Shown here piece after piece: positions 39,700 to 48,687 of a stretch of DNA of 64,000 bases. The DNA is from a virus. Its lineage: Duplodnaviria > Caudoviricetes. The DNA is taken from positions 21,941 through 85,940 of IMG/VR virus record IMGVR_UViG_3300049596_000679; one strand, 5' to 3'. Within the stretch, counting starts at the first letter, position 1, and every line of letters begins with the position of its first letter. Both the position numbers and the translations under genes were made by a program. Below the pieces are notes generated by a model, which worked only from the letters and a program-made list of their open reading frames with translations, was not told where the DNA came from and did not search any database.

Positions 39700-41235
39700 A
39701 TGAAAAAAGTTTTAAGAATTAATGAGGGTGATTTAATTAGTTTAATTAAGAATATTATTATTGAACAAGATGATAATGTTGAGTATGAAGATTTTACACC
39801 CCAAGAATATATTGATTTACTAAAGTCTGTTAATTACAAAGCACAAGCGATTCCTAAGTTTCCTGATTTTAAGGGTAAAAAAATAAGAGTTAATGGTAGC
39901 TTATCTTTAATTGGTTTAAAACAAATAACTAATTTGGGTGAGTTAATTGTGACTGGTGATTTAAATGTTCGTTCCACAGGTATTGTAAGTCTTGAAGGTG
40001 TTACAGTTGGTGGTAGTTTAAGTCATTGGGACACACCATATAGTCGAGAACTTGATAGAAGAAAAGAAATGGCTTTAAGGGCTGAAGCCAAACAAAGAAG
40101 AGAAGATGGTGAATGGGATCTAAATAGTCCTAATATTGATGACGAAGGTTTAATGGCAAACGCAGTTTTTGACTATATGGTTCAAGAAAGTGATATTGAA
40201 TATTTAGATGGACCAGAACGTGAAGAATTAGAAGATTTGGAAAGAAGAATGGAAGAACTTGAGGAAAGAATAGATAACGAGGAAGATTCTGAAATTGTTG
40301 ATGAATTGGAGATTGAACAAAATGATTTGCAATCCGAGATTGATGAACTTAAGGACAAAGATAATGATGTGTATGATTTAATACCTGTAGGTTCCCATTA
40401 TGACTTACATACATTTAGGTCAATACATAACGATACTAGTGGTAATGTTTATGCGGTTGGAACTGAAAATGAAGCGGATAGTTCCCTTGAAGACTATTAT
40501 GATGGCATGGTAGACGATTTAAGTAATTTTAGTAAAGAAACTTTATCGTCCCATATTGATGGTGACGAAGTTGCGGAATATTATGAAGACATGATTCGTG
40601 AATGGGTTATGGACGATCCTGAAAATTACGATGTTAGTAGGGAAACTAGTCGTAGTCAAGATAAAGAAATTGAAAAATTACAAAACCAAAAAAGGTCACT
40701 TGAAATAGAAACATATTTAATTTCAAGTGGAGCTAGATCTCCTCTTATTGAGGAAGATATTGAATCTTTAAAATACTTCAAATTTAATGATTACATGGAT
40801 AACATTTTAGTTGTTGAATGGTCTGAAAATAAATGGCAAATTTACCAAAACGGTAAAAAAGTTGAGTCAGTAACTTATGAAGATGAAGATGAGGATGGTG
40901 AACATGAGTCGGATAATGAATCAAGGGTTGAAGAAATTGAAAATGAAATAGAAGGTATAGACGAAGACATACAAGATATAAAAGATGAGCCAGATGGTGA
41001 TTTAAATAATGATGAGGTAGAAGAAGCCGTTGAGGGTAGGTTAGAAGAAATTAGAGATTCACCATTGAGTTGGTTAGATGAAATGGGTGACGAATATAAT
41101 CATTTTGTAGATAAAAAAAGTTTATTGGGTGATTTAGTTGATGAGGGTGGTTATGGAGATCTAAACGGATATAATAATGAATATGATACCGTTTCAGTTA
41201 ATGATTCAACTTTTGTTGTAATGAGAATTGACTAA
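39700..41235 (+). CDS. Highly acidic late protein with INEGDL leader and a short beta-solenoid repeat
   Basis: MKKVLRINEGDLISLIKNIIIE; VNGSLSL/VTGDLNV/VGGSL repeats; D/E-rich coiled coils. Confidence 0.7.
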   Translation: MKKVLRINEGDLISLIKNIIIEQDDNVEYEDFTPQEYIDLLKSVNYKAQAIPKFPDFKGKKIRVNGSLSLIGLKQITNLGELIVTGDLNVRSTGIVSLEGVTVGGSLSHWDTPYSRELDRRKEMALRAEAKQRREDGEWDLNSPNIDDEGLMANAVFDYMVQESDIEYLDGPEREELEDLERRMEELEERIDNEEDSEIVDELEIEQNDLQSEIDELKDKDNDVYDLIPVGSHYDLHTFRSIHNDTSGNVYAVGTENEADSSLEDYYDGMVDDLSNFSKETLSSHIDGDEVAEYYEDMIREWVMDDPENYDVSRETSRSQDKEIEKLQNQKRSLEIETYLISSGARSPLIEEDIESLKYFKFNDYMDNILVVEWSENKWQIYQNGKKVESVTYEDEDEDGEHESDNESRVEEIENEIEGIDEDIQDIKDEPDGDLNNDEVEEAVEGRLEEIRDSPLSWLDEMGDEYNHFVDKKSLLGDLVDEGGYGDLNGYNNEYDTVSVNDSTFVVMRID

Positions 41236-41276
41236 TACCTTTACAGAATACAATTATATTATTATGTTTATGGGTA

Positions 41277-42065
41277 ATGGCAAGAAATAAAAAAATAGAA
41301 TTTGTAATGGACACCGATTGGATGTTTGAAAAGCCAATTGATAGTGAACATAAGGAATATAAATTACTATCATATTTCCAACGTATGGGTGAAAAGTTAG
41401 ATAACATGGAACTTTACCCTGGGTTTATAGAATTATCATTACATTTAGCAAACATACAAACACTTATCAGGGATAAGAAAATCATATATACAAACAAGAA
41501 ATTTAATTCAGTTGATGATGAACTTTTAGTAAAAGATCTTAAAATTAAAAGTGTTCCTGAGATGTCAACTGAAGAGTATGAAGAATTCACAAAAATTTTA
41601 CAATACACCGCACCAAGGATGACGGAATATTTCAATATTGCAAAATCTGTATGGACATTAGTTTATGATAGTATTGAGGCAAAATACAGGAAGAATAAAA
41701 AAGAAATGTTATCTAACAGAGGTTTCTTCTTCCATTTGGATAAGAGAGACAACAAGTATTATGTTTGGGAGTATGAAGTATCTCCGGCAGCAAAAAAATC
41801 ACCAGAAAATAAGACAAATGTTAAATTAATTTATTGTGATGATAAAAACAAATTGACAATACCAAAGATAATAACTACATTTTCTGAGACTGAAAATAAA
41901 ACAAAGTTACCGGTGTTAGAAATGATTAGTAAAGGTGATTTCCCAATCGAAGAAACATTATTACCATTATTTAAAAGAAAAACAATAATGTTAATTAATC
42001 AGACGAGAAATTACAATATCGAACAAGAGGAAAGAAAAAAAGAAAAAGAATTTTTAGAGGATTAA
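41277..42065 (+). CDS. Hypothetical phage protein
   Basis: 262 aa ORF; W..EKPIDSEHKEYKLLSY. Confidence 0.65.
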   Translation: MARNKKIEFVMDTDWMFEKPIDSEHKEYKLLSYFQRMGEKLDNMELYPGFIELSLHLANIQTLIRDKKIIYTNKKFNSVDDELLVKDLKIKSVPEMSTEEYEEFTKILQYTAPRMTEYFNIAKSVWTLVYDSIEAKYRKNKKEMLSNRGFFFHLDKRDNKYYVWEYEVSPAAKKSPENKTNVKLIYCDDKNKLTIPKIITTFSETENKTKLPVLEMISKGDFPIEETLLPLFKRKTIMLINQTRNYNIEQEERKKEKEFLED

Positions 42066-42067
42066 AA

Positions 42068-42250
42068 ATGGGTTTTAACAAAAGATTTTTAAAGAAAGAG
42101 AACATCCTTAATAACCTTACAGATATTATGAATTATTTAGATGCCGACGCAGTGTTGTGTACGGATGAATTTTCACGCAATGTCTACAGGATGTTTAATG
42201 AGGGAAAAAATGAGGAAGAAATAATAAAATACATAAATAAAAATAAATGA
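42068..42250 (+). CDS. Hypothetical protein
   Basis: MGFNKRF; operonic. Confidence 0.55.
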   Translation: MGFNKRFLKKENILNNLTDIMNYLDADAVLCTDEFSRNVYRMFNEGKNEEEIIKYINKNK

Positions 42251-43365
42251 AAGTTAAGTTAGAATATGTGTGGATTGACGGATATATACCGGAGCCAAAC
42301 CTTAGAAGTAAGATTAAAATTGTGGACTATGAGCAAATTAAAAATTGTTTAGTTCTAAATAATTTCCCTGAATGGAACTTTGATGGGTCATCAACATTAC
42401 AAGCGGAAGGTAATAGTTCTGATTGTATTTTAATACCTGTTAGACATTATTTTTGTGATAATACAAACACAATTTACGTGTTGTGTGAAGTAATGAATTC
42501 TGATGGTACACCACACGAAACTAATACAAGATCAAAACTAATTGGAGATCAAGAAGATTTATGGTTTGGGTTTGAACAAGAATATTTTATCTATGATAGA
42601 AAAAACAAATGTATTTTAGGTCACGATGAAAACAACTTGGAACCACAAGGTAAATATTATTGTGGTGTAGGTGAATATGTTGTAGGAAGAGATTTTGTTG
42701 AGGAACATATGGATATGTGTTTAAAATACGGAATTGATATTACAGGGATCAACGCTGAGGTTGCATTAGGTCAATGGGAATACCAAGTATTTTCAAAAGG
42801 TAAATTAAAGGCGGGTGATGATTTGTGGATGACCAGGTACTTTTTATATAAAATCTCTGAAAAATATAATTATAGGATTGATCTACATCCAAAACCAATT
42901 CGAAAAGGGGAATGGAACGGGTCAGGACTTCATACAAATTTCTCAACAGATAAAATGAGAAATGATGGTAACGAAAAATATTTTATATCATTGTTTAATG
43001 CGTTTGAGGTAAGACATGAAGCTCATATTAAAGCTTATGGGTCAGATAACAATCTTCGTTTAACTGGTAAATTTGAAACACAATCAATTGATAAATTTAG
43101 TTGGGGGGTTTCAGATCGTGGAGCATCAATTAGAATTCCAAGAGATACTGCAAAAAATTGGAAAGGTTATGTTGAGGATAGAAGACCTGGATCAAATGCT
43201 GACCCATACAAAATTATTAAAGAAATTGACATATCTTTAAATACTACCGATCAAATCTACGATGTTAAAATAATGATGAGTAAGGATGTTGATATGGAAG
43301 GTCTTAATGAAAAATACGGAACAATTTCAAATGATGAATTATTAAAAGAATATAGAGAAGATTAA
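42247..43365 (+). CDS. glnA: Glutamine synthetase, type II
   Basis: EYVWIDG, WNFDGSST, GFEQEY, GINAEV..GQWEYQV, WNGSGLHTNFST, DRGASIRIP and EDRRPGSNADPY. Confidence 0.93.
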   Translation: MKVKLEYVWIDGYIPEPNLRSKIKIVDYEQIKNCLVLNNFPEWNFDGSSTLQAEGNSSDCILIPVRHYFCDNTNTIYVLCEVMNSDGTPHETNTRSKLIGDQEDLWFGFEQEYFIYDRKNKCILGHDENNLEPQGKYYCGVGEYVVGRDFVEEHMDMCLKYGIDITGINAEVALGQWEYQVFSKGKLKAGDDLWMTRYFLYKISEKYNYRIDLHPKPIRKGEWNGSGLHTNFSTDKMRNDGNEKYFISLFNAFEVRHEAHIKAYGSDNNLRLTGKFETQSIDKFSWGVSDRGASIRIPRDTAKNWKGYVEDRRPGSNADPYKIIKEIDISLNTTDQIYDVKIMMSKDVDMEGLNEKYGTISNDELLKEYRED

Positions 43366-43370
43366 TTAAT

Positions 43371-44021
43371 ATGGCAAACGGAGTACATAAAATTACTGAA
43401 GATTTTGAAAAATCACTATGTGATTACACTGGATCACCATACGCAATTGCGTTGGATAATATGAGTAACGCAATCTTTTTAGCGTTATATTATGAAAAAA
43501 ACATAAAAAAAAGTTTAAAATCTGACAAGGTAGACTGTCCATCCAAGACATATCCTTCGGTTCCTTGTGAAATTATTCACGCTGGTCTTAAAGTTAATTT
43601 TACTCCTGTTGTTGGAGATATGATTAAAGGAGCTTACCAACTATCACCAAGTAATGTTTGGGATTCGGCTTTGAGATTTACTGCCGATATGTATATTCCA
43701 AAAACACATATGTGTCTTTCATTTACAGGACCATATAAAACATTAAAACTTAGTAAAGGAGGTGCAATTTTAACTGATGACCATAAGGCGATGTTATGGT
43801 TTAAACGAGCAAGATTTAGTGGAAGAAGAGAATGTTCTTATCATGATGATAATTTTGATATGTTGGGTTGGAATTTTTATATGATGCCTGAGTTATCAGC
43901 AAGAGGTTTACTTATGATGAGTCAGTTTTATGATTTAGATGGGAATAAAAAAAATAATCAAGATTTAGAATTACCTTATCCTGATTTATCAAAATTTAAA
44001 ATTTATACAAATAACTTATGA
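43371..44021 (+). CDS. DegT/DnrJ/EryC1/StrS-family PLP aminotransferase (short form)
   Basis: FEKSLCDYTG..YAIA, WDSA, LSFTGPYK, GGAILTDD and GWNFYM. Confidence 0.8.
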   Translation: MANGVHKITEDFEKSLCDYTGSPYAIALDNMSNAIFLALYYEKNIKKSLKSDKVDCPSKTYPSVPCEIIHAGLKVNFTPVVGDMIKGAYQLSPSNVWDSALRFTADMYIPKTHMCLSFTGPYKTLKLSKGGAILTDDHKAMLWFKRARFSGRRECSYHDDNFDMLGWNFYMMPELSARGLLMMSQFYDLDGNKKNNQDLELPYPDLSKFKIYTNNL

Positions 44022-44638
44022 GAAACTTACATGATTTAATTATTAAAGACCAGTACGATAGTGGTGGTCGATGTGACGAAACTAAAGGAAATGTCATTAA
44101 AGACCTTATTATCGAAACTAATGCTCAATTATGTGTTGAGATTGGAGTCTTCAAAGGCGCATCACTAATGTATTTTGCCGAGGCTTTAGAAGTAACTAAA
44201 GGTAAAGTTATTGGTATTGATCCATATTCTATGGGGACATTGAGGAATGAAATTCCAGATAAGTCTTTAAATACATACATTTATGATGTCTTATTTAAAG
44301 ACCAAGTTGTTTTAGATAAACTTTATGATGGAGTATTAAAAGTTATAAATAAAAATGACTTAAAAAATACCGTGTCTTTAGTTAGAAGTAAGTCTGAGGA
44401 TTTTTATAAAAACTTAGAAAATGAATCTATTGATATTATTCATATTGACGGAAACCATGATGAAGAATACGTCACTAAAGATATACAATTATATTTACCT
44501 TTAATTAAAAAAGGAGGATATATAATAATGGATGATATAACATGGCCTGGTGTTATTACTTCTATAAACAACCATTTAAATAAAGAAACTATATTAATTA
44601 AATCATACGGAGATTTTTCTGTTCATAAGAAAATTTAA
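44018..44638 (+). CDS. Class I SAM methyltransferase (Methyltransf_24-like)
   Basis: VEIGVFKGAS, GIDPY, IHIDGNH and GGYIIMDD. Confidence 0.85.
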   Translation: MRNLHDLIIKDQYDSGGRCDETKGNVIKDLIIETNAQLCVEIGVFKGASLMYFAEALEVTKGKVIGIDPYSMGTLRNEIPDKSLNTYIYDVLFKDQVVLDKLYDGVLKVINKNDLKNTVSLVRSKSEDFYKNLENESIDIIHIDGNHDEEYVTKDIQLYLPLIKKGGYIIMDDITWPGVITSINNHLNKETILIKSYGDFSVHKKI

Positions 44639-44643
44639 TATAA

Positions 44644-45375
44644 ATGAAGTTTGAGCAAGTATCGGTAGCAAAAAATGTTATCTATTTTAAAGAAGGGATT
44701 AAACAAAAATGGGGTTTAAGTGATTATATTGACCCATATGCTCCTTGTTTATTTTTTGGGGTATCATTACAAGCGGATTTAATTAATAAACATAAAGGTT
44801 ATAAATTACTTTATTTTGTGGATAACTCAGATACTTTTTTGTCATCAATAGATAAAAAAAATGTTATTTCGTTTTATAATCCATTTGCTAAAATACCATC
44901 TGACATACCAGTTAAACATGGATGGATTGAGACTAGAAATAATGACATTATAGCCCCCACTATTTTAAATGATAAAGTATTTGTATATCTTAGAAGACCT
45001 CAAGATAGTATATCAATGGGAAGTAAATTTATTGTAGAGTTACAAAAAAAAATTAATTACGAAATTATCACACTATCCCAAGACCCCCCAATACCATTTC
45101 AAAATGTTGTGGAAGAATATTATAAAAAAAGTTTTGTTTCTGTAAATTTTACAACAAATGGTGGTTTAACAACTGTTTGTGATTTAGGTCTTATGGGAAT
45201 TAAAACCATTATGAATACTCAAATTGATTTGCGTAGTTTATTAAAATGTAATACTCTTGATGAAGTACCGCATCTCATTGAAAATGAATCTAAAAAAATA
45301 GGGACAATACAGGACCCAATAAATAATTACACTTTAAACGAAGTTTGGCAAAATGTTGAATTTTGGTTAACTTAA
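44644..45375 (+). CDS. Hypothetical protein, possibly glycosyltransferase-related
   Basis: Lies in the sugar cluster; YYKKSFVSVNFT..GGLTTVCDLGLMG loosely resembles a GT-B C-terminal motif. Confidence 0.4.
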   Translation: MKFEQVSVAKNVIYFKEGIKQKWGLSDYIDPYAPCLFFGVSLQADLINKHKGYKLLYFVDNSDTFLSSIDKKNVISFYNPFAKIPSDIPVKHGWIETRNNDIIAPTILNDKVFVYLRRPQDSISMGSKFIVELQKKINYEIITLSQDPPIPFQNVVEEYYKKSFVSVNFTTNGGLTTVCDLGLMGIKTIMNTQIDLRSLLKCNTLDEVPHLIENESKKIGTIQDPINNYTLNEVWQNVEFWLT

Positions 45376-45385
45376 AATCTATAAT

Positions 45386-45976
45386 ATGAAAAGAGCGTTA
45401 ATAGGCGGTGGTGGTTTCGCAAGAGAAATAAAATCACATATTGGAGATCCAAAAATAAAATGTTTTGTTGATGATGAATATTGGAAAGAAAATGACGATT
45501 ATATATTTCCGTTATCAAAATTTGATCCAAAAAAATATAAAGTTATAGTTGCAATTGGGGACCCAAGAGATAGGTTTGATATGGTCCAAAGACTTCCTAA
45601 AGATACTAAATATTTTAAATTTATTCACCCAAGTGCCCAAATATTAGGAAAAGATACTTTTATTGGGGAAGGTAGTATCATATGTGCCGGATGTATTTTG
45701 ACTACAAATATCACAATAGGTAAACACGCACATCTAAACTTACAAACAACAATTGGCCATGATTGTAGAATTGGCGATTACTTCACAACGGCTCCAGGTG
45801 TTAAAGTCTCAGGTAATTGTAAGATTTACGATTGTGTTTATATTGGGACAAATGCGTCAATTAAAGAAAAGTTATCAATCCATTCTCTAACTACAATAGG
45901 TATGAATGGTGCGGTGGTTAAACATATAGAGGAGCCTGGAATATATGTGGGTGTACCTGTAAAAAAAATAAAATAA
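45386..45976 (+). CDS. NeuD/PglD-family sugar acetyltransferase (hexapeptide repeat)
   Basis: IGGGGFARE, VAIGDP, IHPSA, TIGHD and YVGVP. Confidence 0.88.
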   Translation: MKRALIGGGGFAREIKSHIGDPKIKCFVDDEYWKENDDYIFPLSKFDPKKYKVIVAIGDPRDRFDMVQRLPKDTKYFKFIHPSAQILGKDTFIGEGSIICAGCILTTNITIGKHAHLNLQTTIGHDCRIGDYFTTAPGVKVSGNCKIYDCVYIGTNASIKEKLSIHSLTTIGMNGAVVKHIEEPGIYVGVPVKKIK

Positions 45977-46243
45977 ATGGAAAAAGAATGTGTATGTGGT
46001 GGTTCAGGACTTTGTCAGTGTCCACCAATAAAAGTAGAACAAGTTAATCATCCTAACCATTACGGAGGAGAGGATAATCCTTATGAGGCAATAAAAGTTA
46101 TTGATGCTTGGGATTTAGGATTTAGTTTAGGAAATACGGTAAAGTATATTTCAAGAGCAGGAAAAAAAGATAAAGAGTTACAGGACCTTAAGAAGGCATT
46201 ATGGTACTTGCAACATCATATAGAAATATTAGAGAAAAAATGA
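45977..46243 (+). CDS. DUF3310 phage protein
   Basis: VNHPNHY, GNTVKYISRAGKK and DLKKALWY. Confidence 0.85.
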   Translation: MEKECVCGGSGLCQCPPIKVEQVNHPNHYGGEDNPYEAIKVIDAWDLGFSLGNTVKYISRAGKKDKELQDLKKALWYLQHHIEILEKK

Positions 46244-47169
46244 AAATAGTAGTAACAGGAGGAGCGGGGTTTATAGGATCCGCATTTATAAATCACCTAT
46301 TAGATAACTTTGAATGTGATGTTCTTTGTGTTGATAAACTAACATACGCTGGTCGTAGAATGAATATTAAACACAATGTATCATTTTTAGAAAAAGACAT
46401 TTGTGATGTAACGGCAGATGATCTTGGTGATTTTGATTACATGGTTCACTTTGCTGCTGAGTCTCACGTTGACAACTCAATTAAGAATGGGTTACCATTT
46501 GTGAGAACTAATGTTGAAGGAACATTTAATTTATTGGAGATATCAAGAAAAAATAAGAACCTTAAAAAATTCATACACATTTCAACTGATGAGGTATATG
46601 GTGATATGGATGAACACATTGCAATTAATCATACGGCAACTGAAGATGATAGTTTAAAGTCTAGTTCATATTATTCCGCAACTAAGGCGGCATCTGATAT
46701 GTTAGTTTTATCTGCAAACAGAACTTATGGGTTACCATATATTATTACAAGAACTTGTAATAACTTTGGGGAACACCAATTTGAGGAAAAGTTTTTACCA
46801 ACAATTGCAAGATCTATCGGTGAAGGTAAACCAATTCCAGTTTATGGTGACGGATTACAAGTTAGAGAATGGATGTATGTTTATGATAATGTAAAAGTCA
46901 TTTGTGATTTAATGTTCGACGATGAGATTGTAAATACCACTTATAATATTGGAACAACTTTCAGAGTGACAAATTTGGACATTATTAAAAATATTTCTTA
47001 TATTTTAAACAAAGAGGTTGATATTAAACACGTTGAAGACAGATTAGGTCATGATAGGAAATATGGTCTTAATTGTGAAAAACTAAGAGAATATTATATA
47101 ACTAAACATGGTGAGATGCCTAAATTTTTAAATTTGTTTGATTACTTAGATAGACAATATGGAAATTAA
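46240..47169 (+). CDS. rfbB: dTDP-glucose 4,6-dehydratase
   Basis: VTGGAGFIG, DKLTYAG, HFAAESHVD, ISTDEVYG, YSATK and GHDRKY. Likely start is MKIVVTG. Confidence 0.92.
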   Translation: MKIVVTGGAGFIGSAFINHLLDNFECDVLCVDKLTYAGRRMNIKHNVSFLEKDICDVTADDLGDFDYMVHFAAESHVDNSIKNGLPFVRTNVEGTFNLLEISRKNKNLKKFIHISTDEVYGDMDEHIAINHTATEDDSLKSSSYYSATKAASDMLVLSANRTYGLPYIITRTCNNFGEHQFEEKFLPTIARSIGEGKPIPVYGDGLQVREWMYVYDNVKVICDLMFDDEIVNTTYNIGTTFRVTNLDIIKNISYILNKEVDIKHVEDRLGHDRKYGLNCEKLREYYITKHGEMPKFLNLFDYLDRQYGN

Positions 47170-47479
47170 AAATAAAAAAGGATTAAAAAAAGAGATTAAC
47201 ATATTAGGTGCGATCACAACTCCAGGTGAGTTAATCCGTGAAACACTTATTAATTTTATGTGGGGATTTCTTGGAAATTCAATTGTAGTTTTTGTTGCAA
47301 AAGAACTGGACTTTTTGGTTTTAATCAACTACATTGCTTATTACATATTAATTTCTTATATTGTTAATAGGAAGAAATATGAAACTATGTTGGGTAAGTT
47401 TATTGTTTTACCTGGTTCAGCCGCGATAGGTGCCTTCACAGGATATAAACTAGCTCAAGCAATAACAAGTATAATTTAA
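47159..47479 (+). CDS. Membrane protein
   Basis: Three hydrophobic segments. Confidence 0.6.
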   Translation: MEIKNKKGLKKEINILGAITTPGELIRETLINFMWGFLGNSIVVFVAKELDFLVLINYIAYYILISYIVNRKKYETMLGKFIVLPGSAAIGAFTGYKLAQAITSII

Positions 47480-47485
47480 ATAAAA

Positions 47486-47692
47486 ATGAAACTAACAGAA
47501 GAACAAAAAAATCATATTCACGAGCAATATGATGCCTTAAAACAAACAGATAAAGAGTTTGAGGAAATACATGGGATGATAGTTGAACATTGTGTGGATG
47601 AATACATTGTTGACTTATCGTATGACGAGGATGGAGACCTTTACGAAAAGTTTTCAAATAAAGTATGGGATTTTTTAGAGAGCATTAAATAA
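47486..47692 (+). CDS. Hypothetical acidic protein
   Basis: Operonic ORF. Confidence 0.55.
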   Translation: MKLTEEQKNHIHEQYDALKQTDKEFEEIHGMIVEHCVDEYIVDLSYDEDGDLYEKFSNKVWDFLESIK

Positions 47693-47697
47693 TAGAA

Positions 47698-48549
47698 ATG
47701 ATAGAAACAGGAAAAATAATAAATGGGGATTGTATTGAAGTAATGAAAACATTACCTGAAGGATCCGTAGATTTAATCGTAACATCACCACCTTATGGTG
47801 TTGGGATTGCTTACGATGTTCACGAGGATGATGTTGAATTTGATGAGTATTTAGTATTTGCTAAGAACTGGTTAACTGAAGCTTATAACGTGTTAAAAGA
47901 TGATGGTCGTATTGCACTTAACATTCCTTATGAGATTAACAGACAAAAGAAAGGTGGGAGAATTTTCTTTGTTTCTGAGATGTATCAGTTAATGAAACAA
48001 ATTGGATTTGGGTTCTTTGGTATTGTTGATCTTGAAGAACAATCACCACACAGAAGTAAAACAACTGCTTGGGGTTCTTGGATGAGTTGTAGCTCGCCTT
48101 ATATTTATAACCCGAAAGAGTGTGTAATATTGGCATACAAAAAACACCACATTAAGAAAGTTAAAGGTGAACCTCAGTGGAAAGGGGTTCCTACTGAAAT
48201 TGAACAGGAAGATGGGACCATAAAAAAGAAAGTGGTTTATGAGGAACAAGACAAGAAAGAATTTATGGAGTTAGTCTTTGGTCAGTGGAATTATTTTGCT
48301 GACACAAAATCATTAACTAAAGCCACCTTCTCAATGGACATACCAACCAAGGCGATTAAAATATTGTCCTACAAGAACGATGTAATATTAGATCCATTTG
48401 CTGGTTCAGGAACAACATTAGTTGCGGCTCAGATATTAGAACGTAGATGGTTAGGTATTGAGTTAAGTGAAAATTACAAACAAATTGCCGAAACAAGAAT
48501 TAATTACTTTAAATCTTTAGAACAAATAAAAGAAATCCCATTTAATTAA
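47698..48549 (+). CDS. N4-cytosine/N6-adenine DNA methyltransferase (beta class)
   Basis: GDC, VTSPPY and ILDPFAGSGTT. Confidence 0.9.
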   Translation: MIETGKIINGDCIEVMKTLPEGSVDLIVTSPPYGVGIAYDVHEDDVEFDEYLVFAKNWLTEAYNVLKDDGRIALNIPYEINRQKKGGRIFFVSEMYQLMKQIGFGFFGIVDLEEQSPHRSKTTAWGSWMSCSSPYIYNPKECVILAYKKHHIKKVKGEPQWKGVPTEIEQEDGTIKKKVVYEEQDKKEFMELVFGQWNYFADTKSLTKATFSMDIPTKAIKILSYKNDVILDPFAGSGTTLVAAQILERRWLGIELSENYKQIAETRINYFKSLEQIKEIPFN

Positions 48550-48561
48550 GTGGGATTTTTT
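48533..48561 (+). terminator. Intrinsic terminator
   Basis: aatccca...tgggatt followed by a T-run. Confidence 0.7.
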
Positions 48562-48687
48562 ATTTTTACGTAGTATTTATGATAAATTGTGTATTATGGA
48601 AGATGAATATGAATGGGGTGATCACGACATCTCTCAGTTTTAAATTATTATTTACAAACTTTTTTTTGTTAAAAACTATTTATAACT

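Noticed and set aside
31992-48549. Restriction-modification systems
   Set aside because: Both methyltransferases are orphans with no adjacent recognisable endonuclease; typical phage self-protection.
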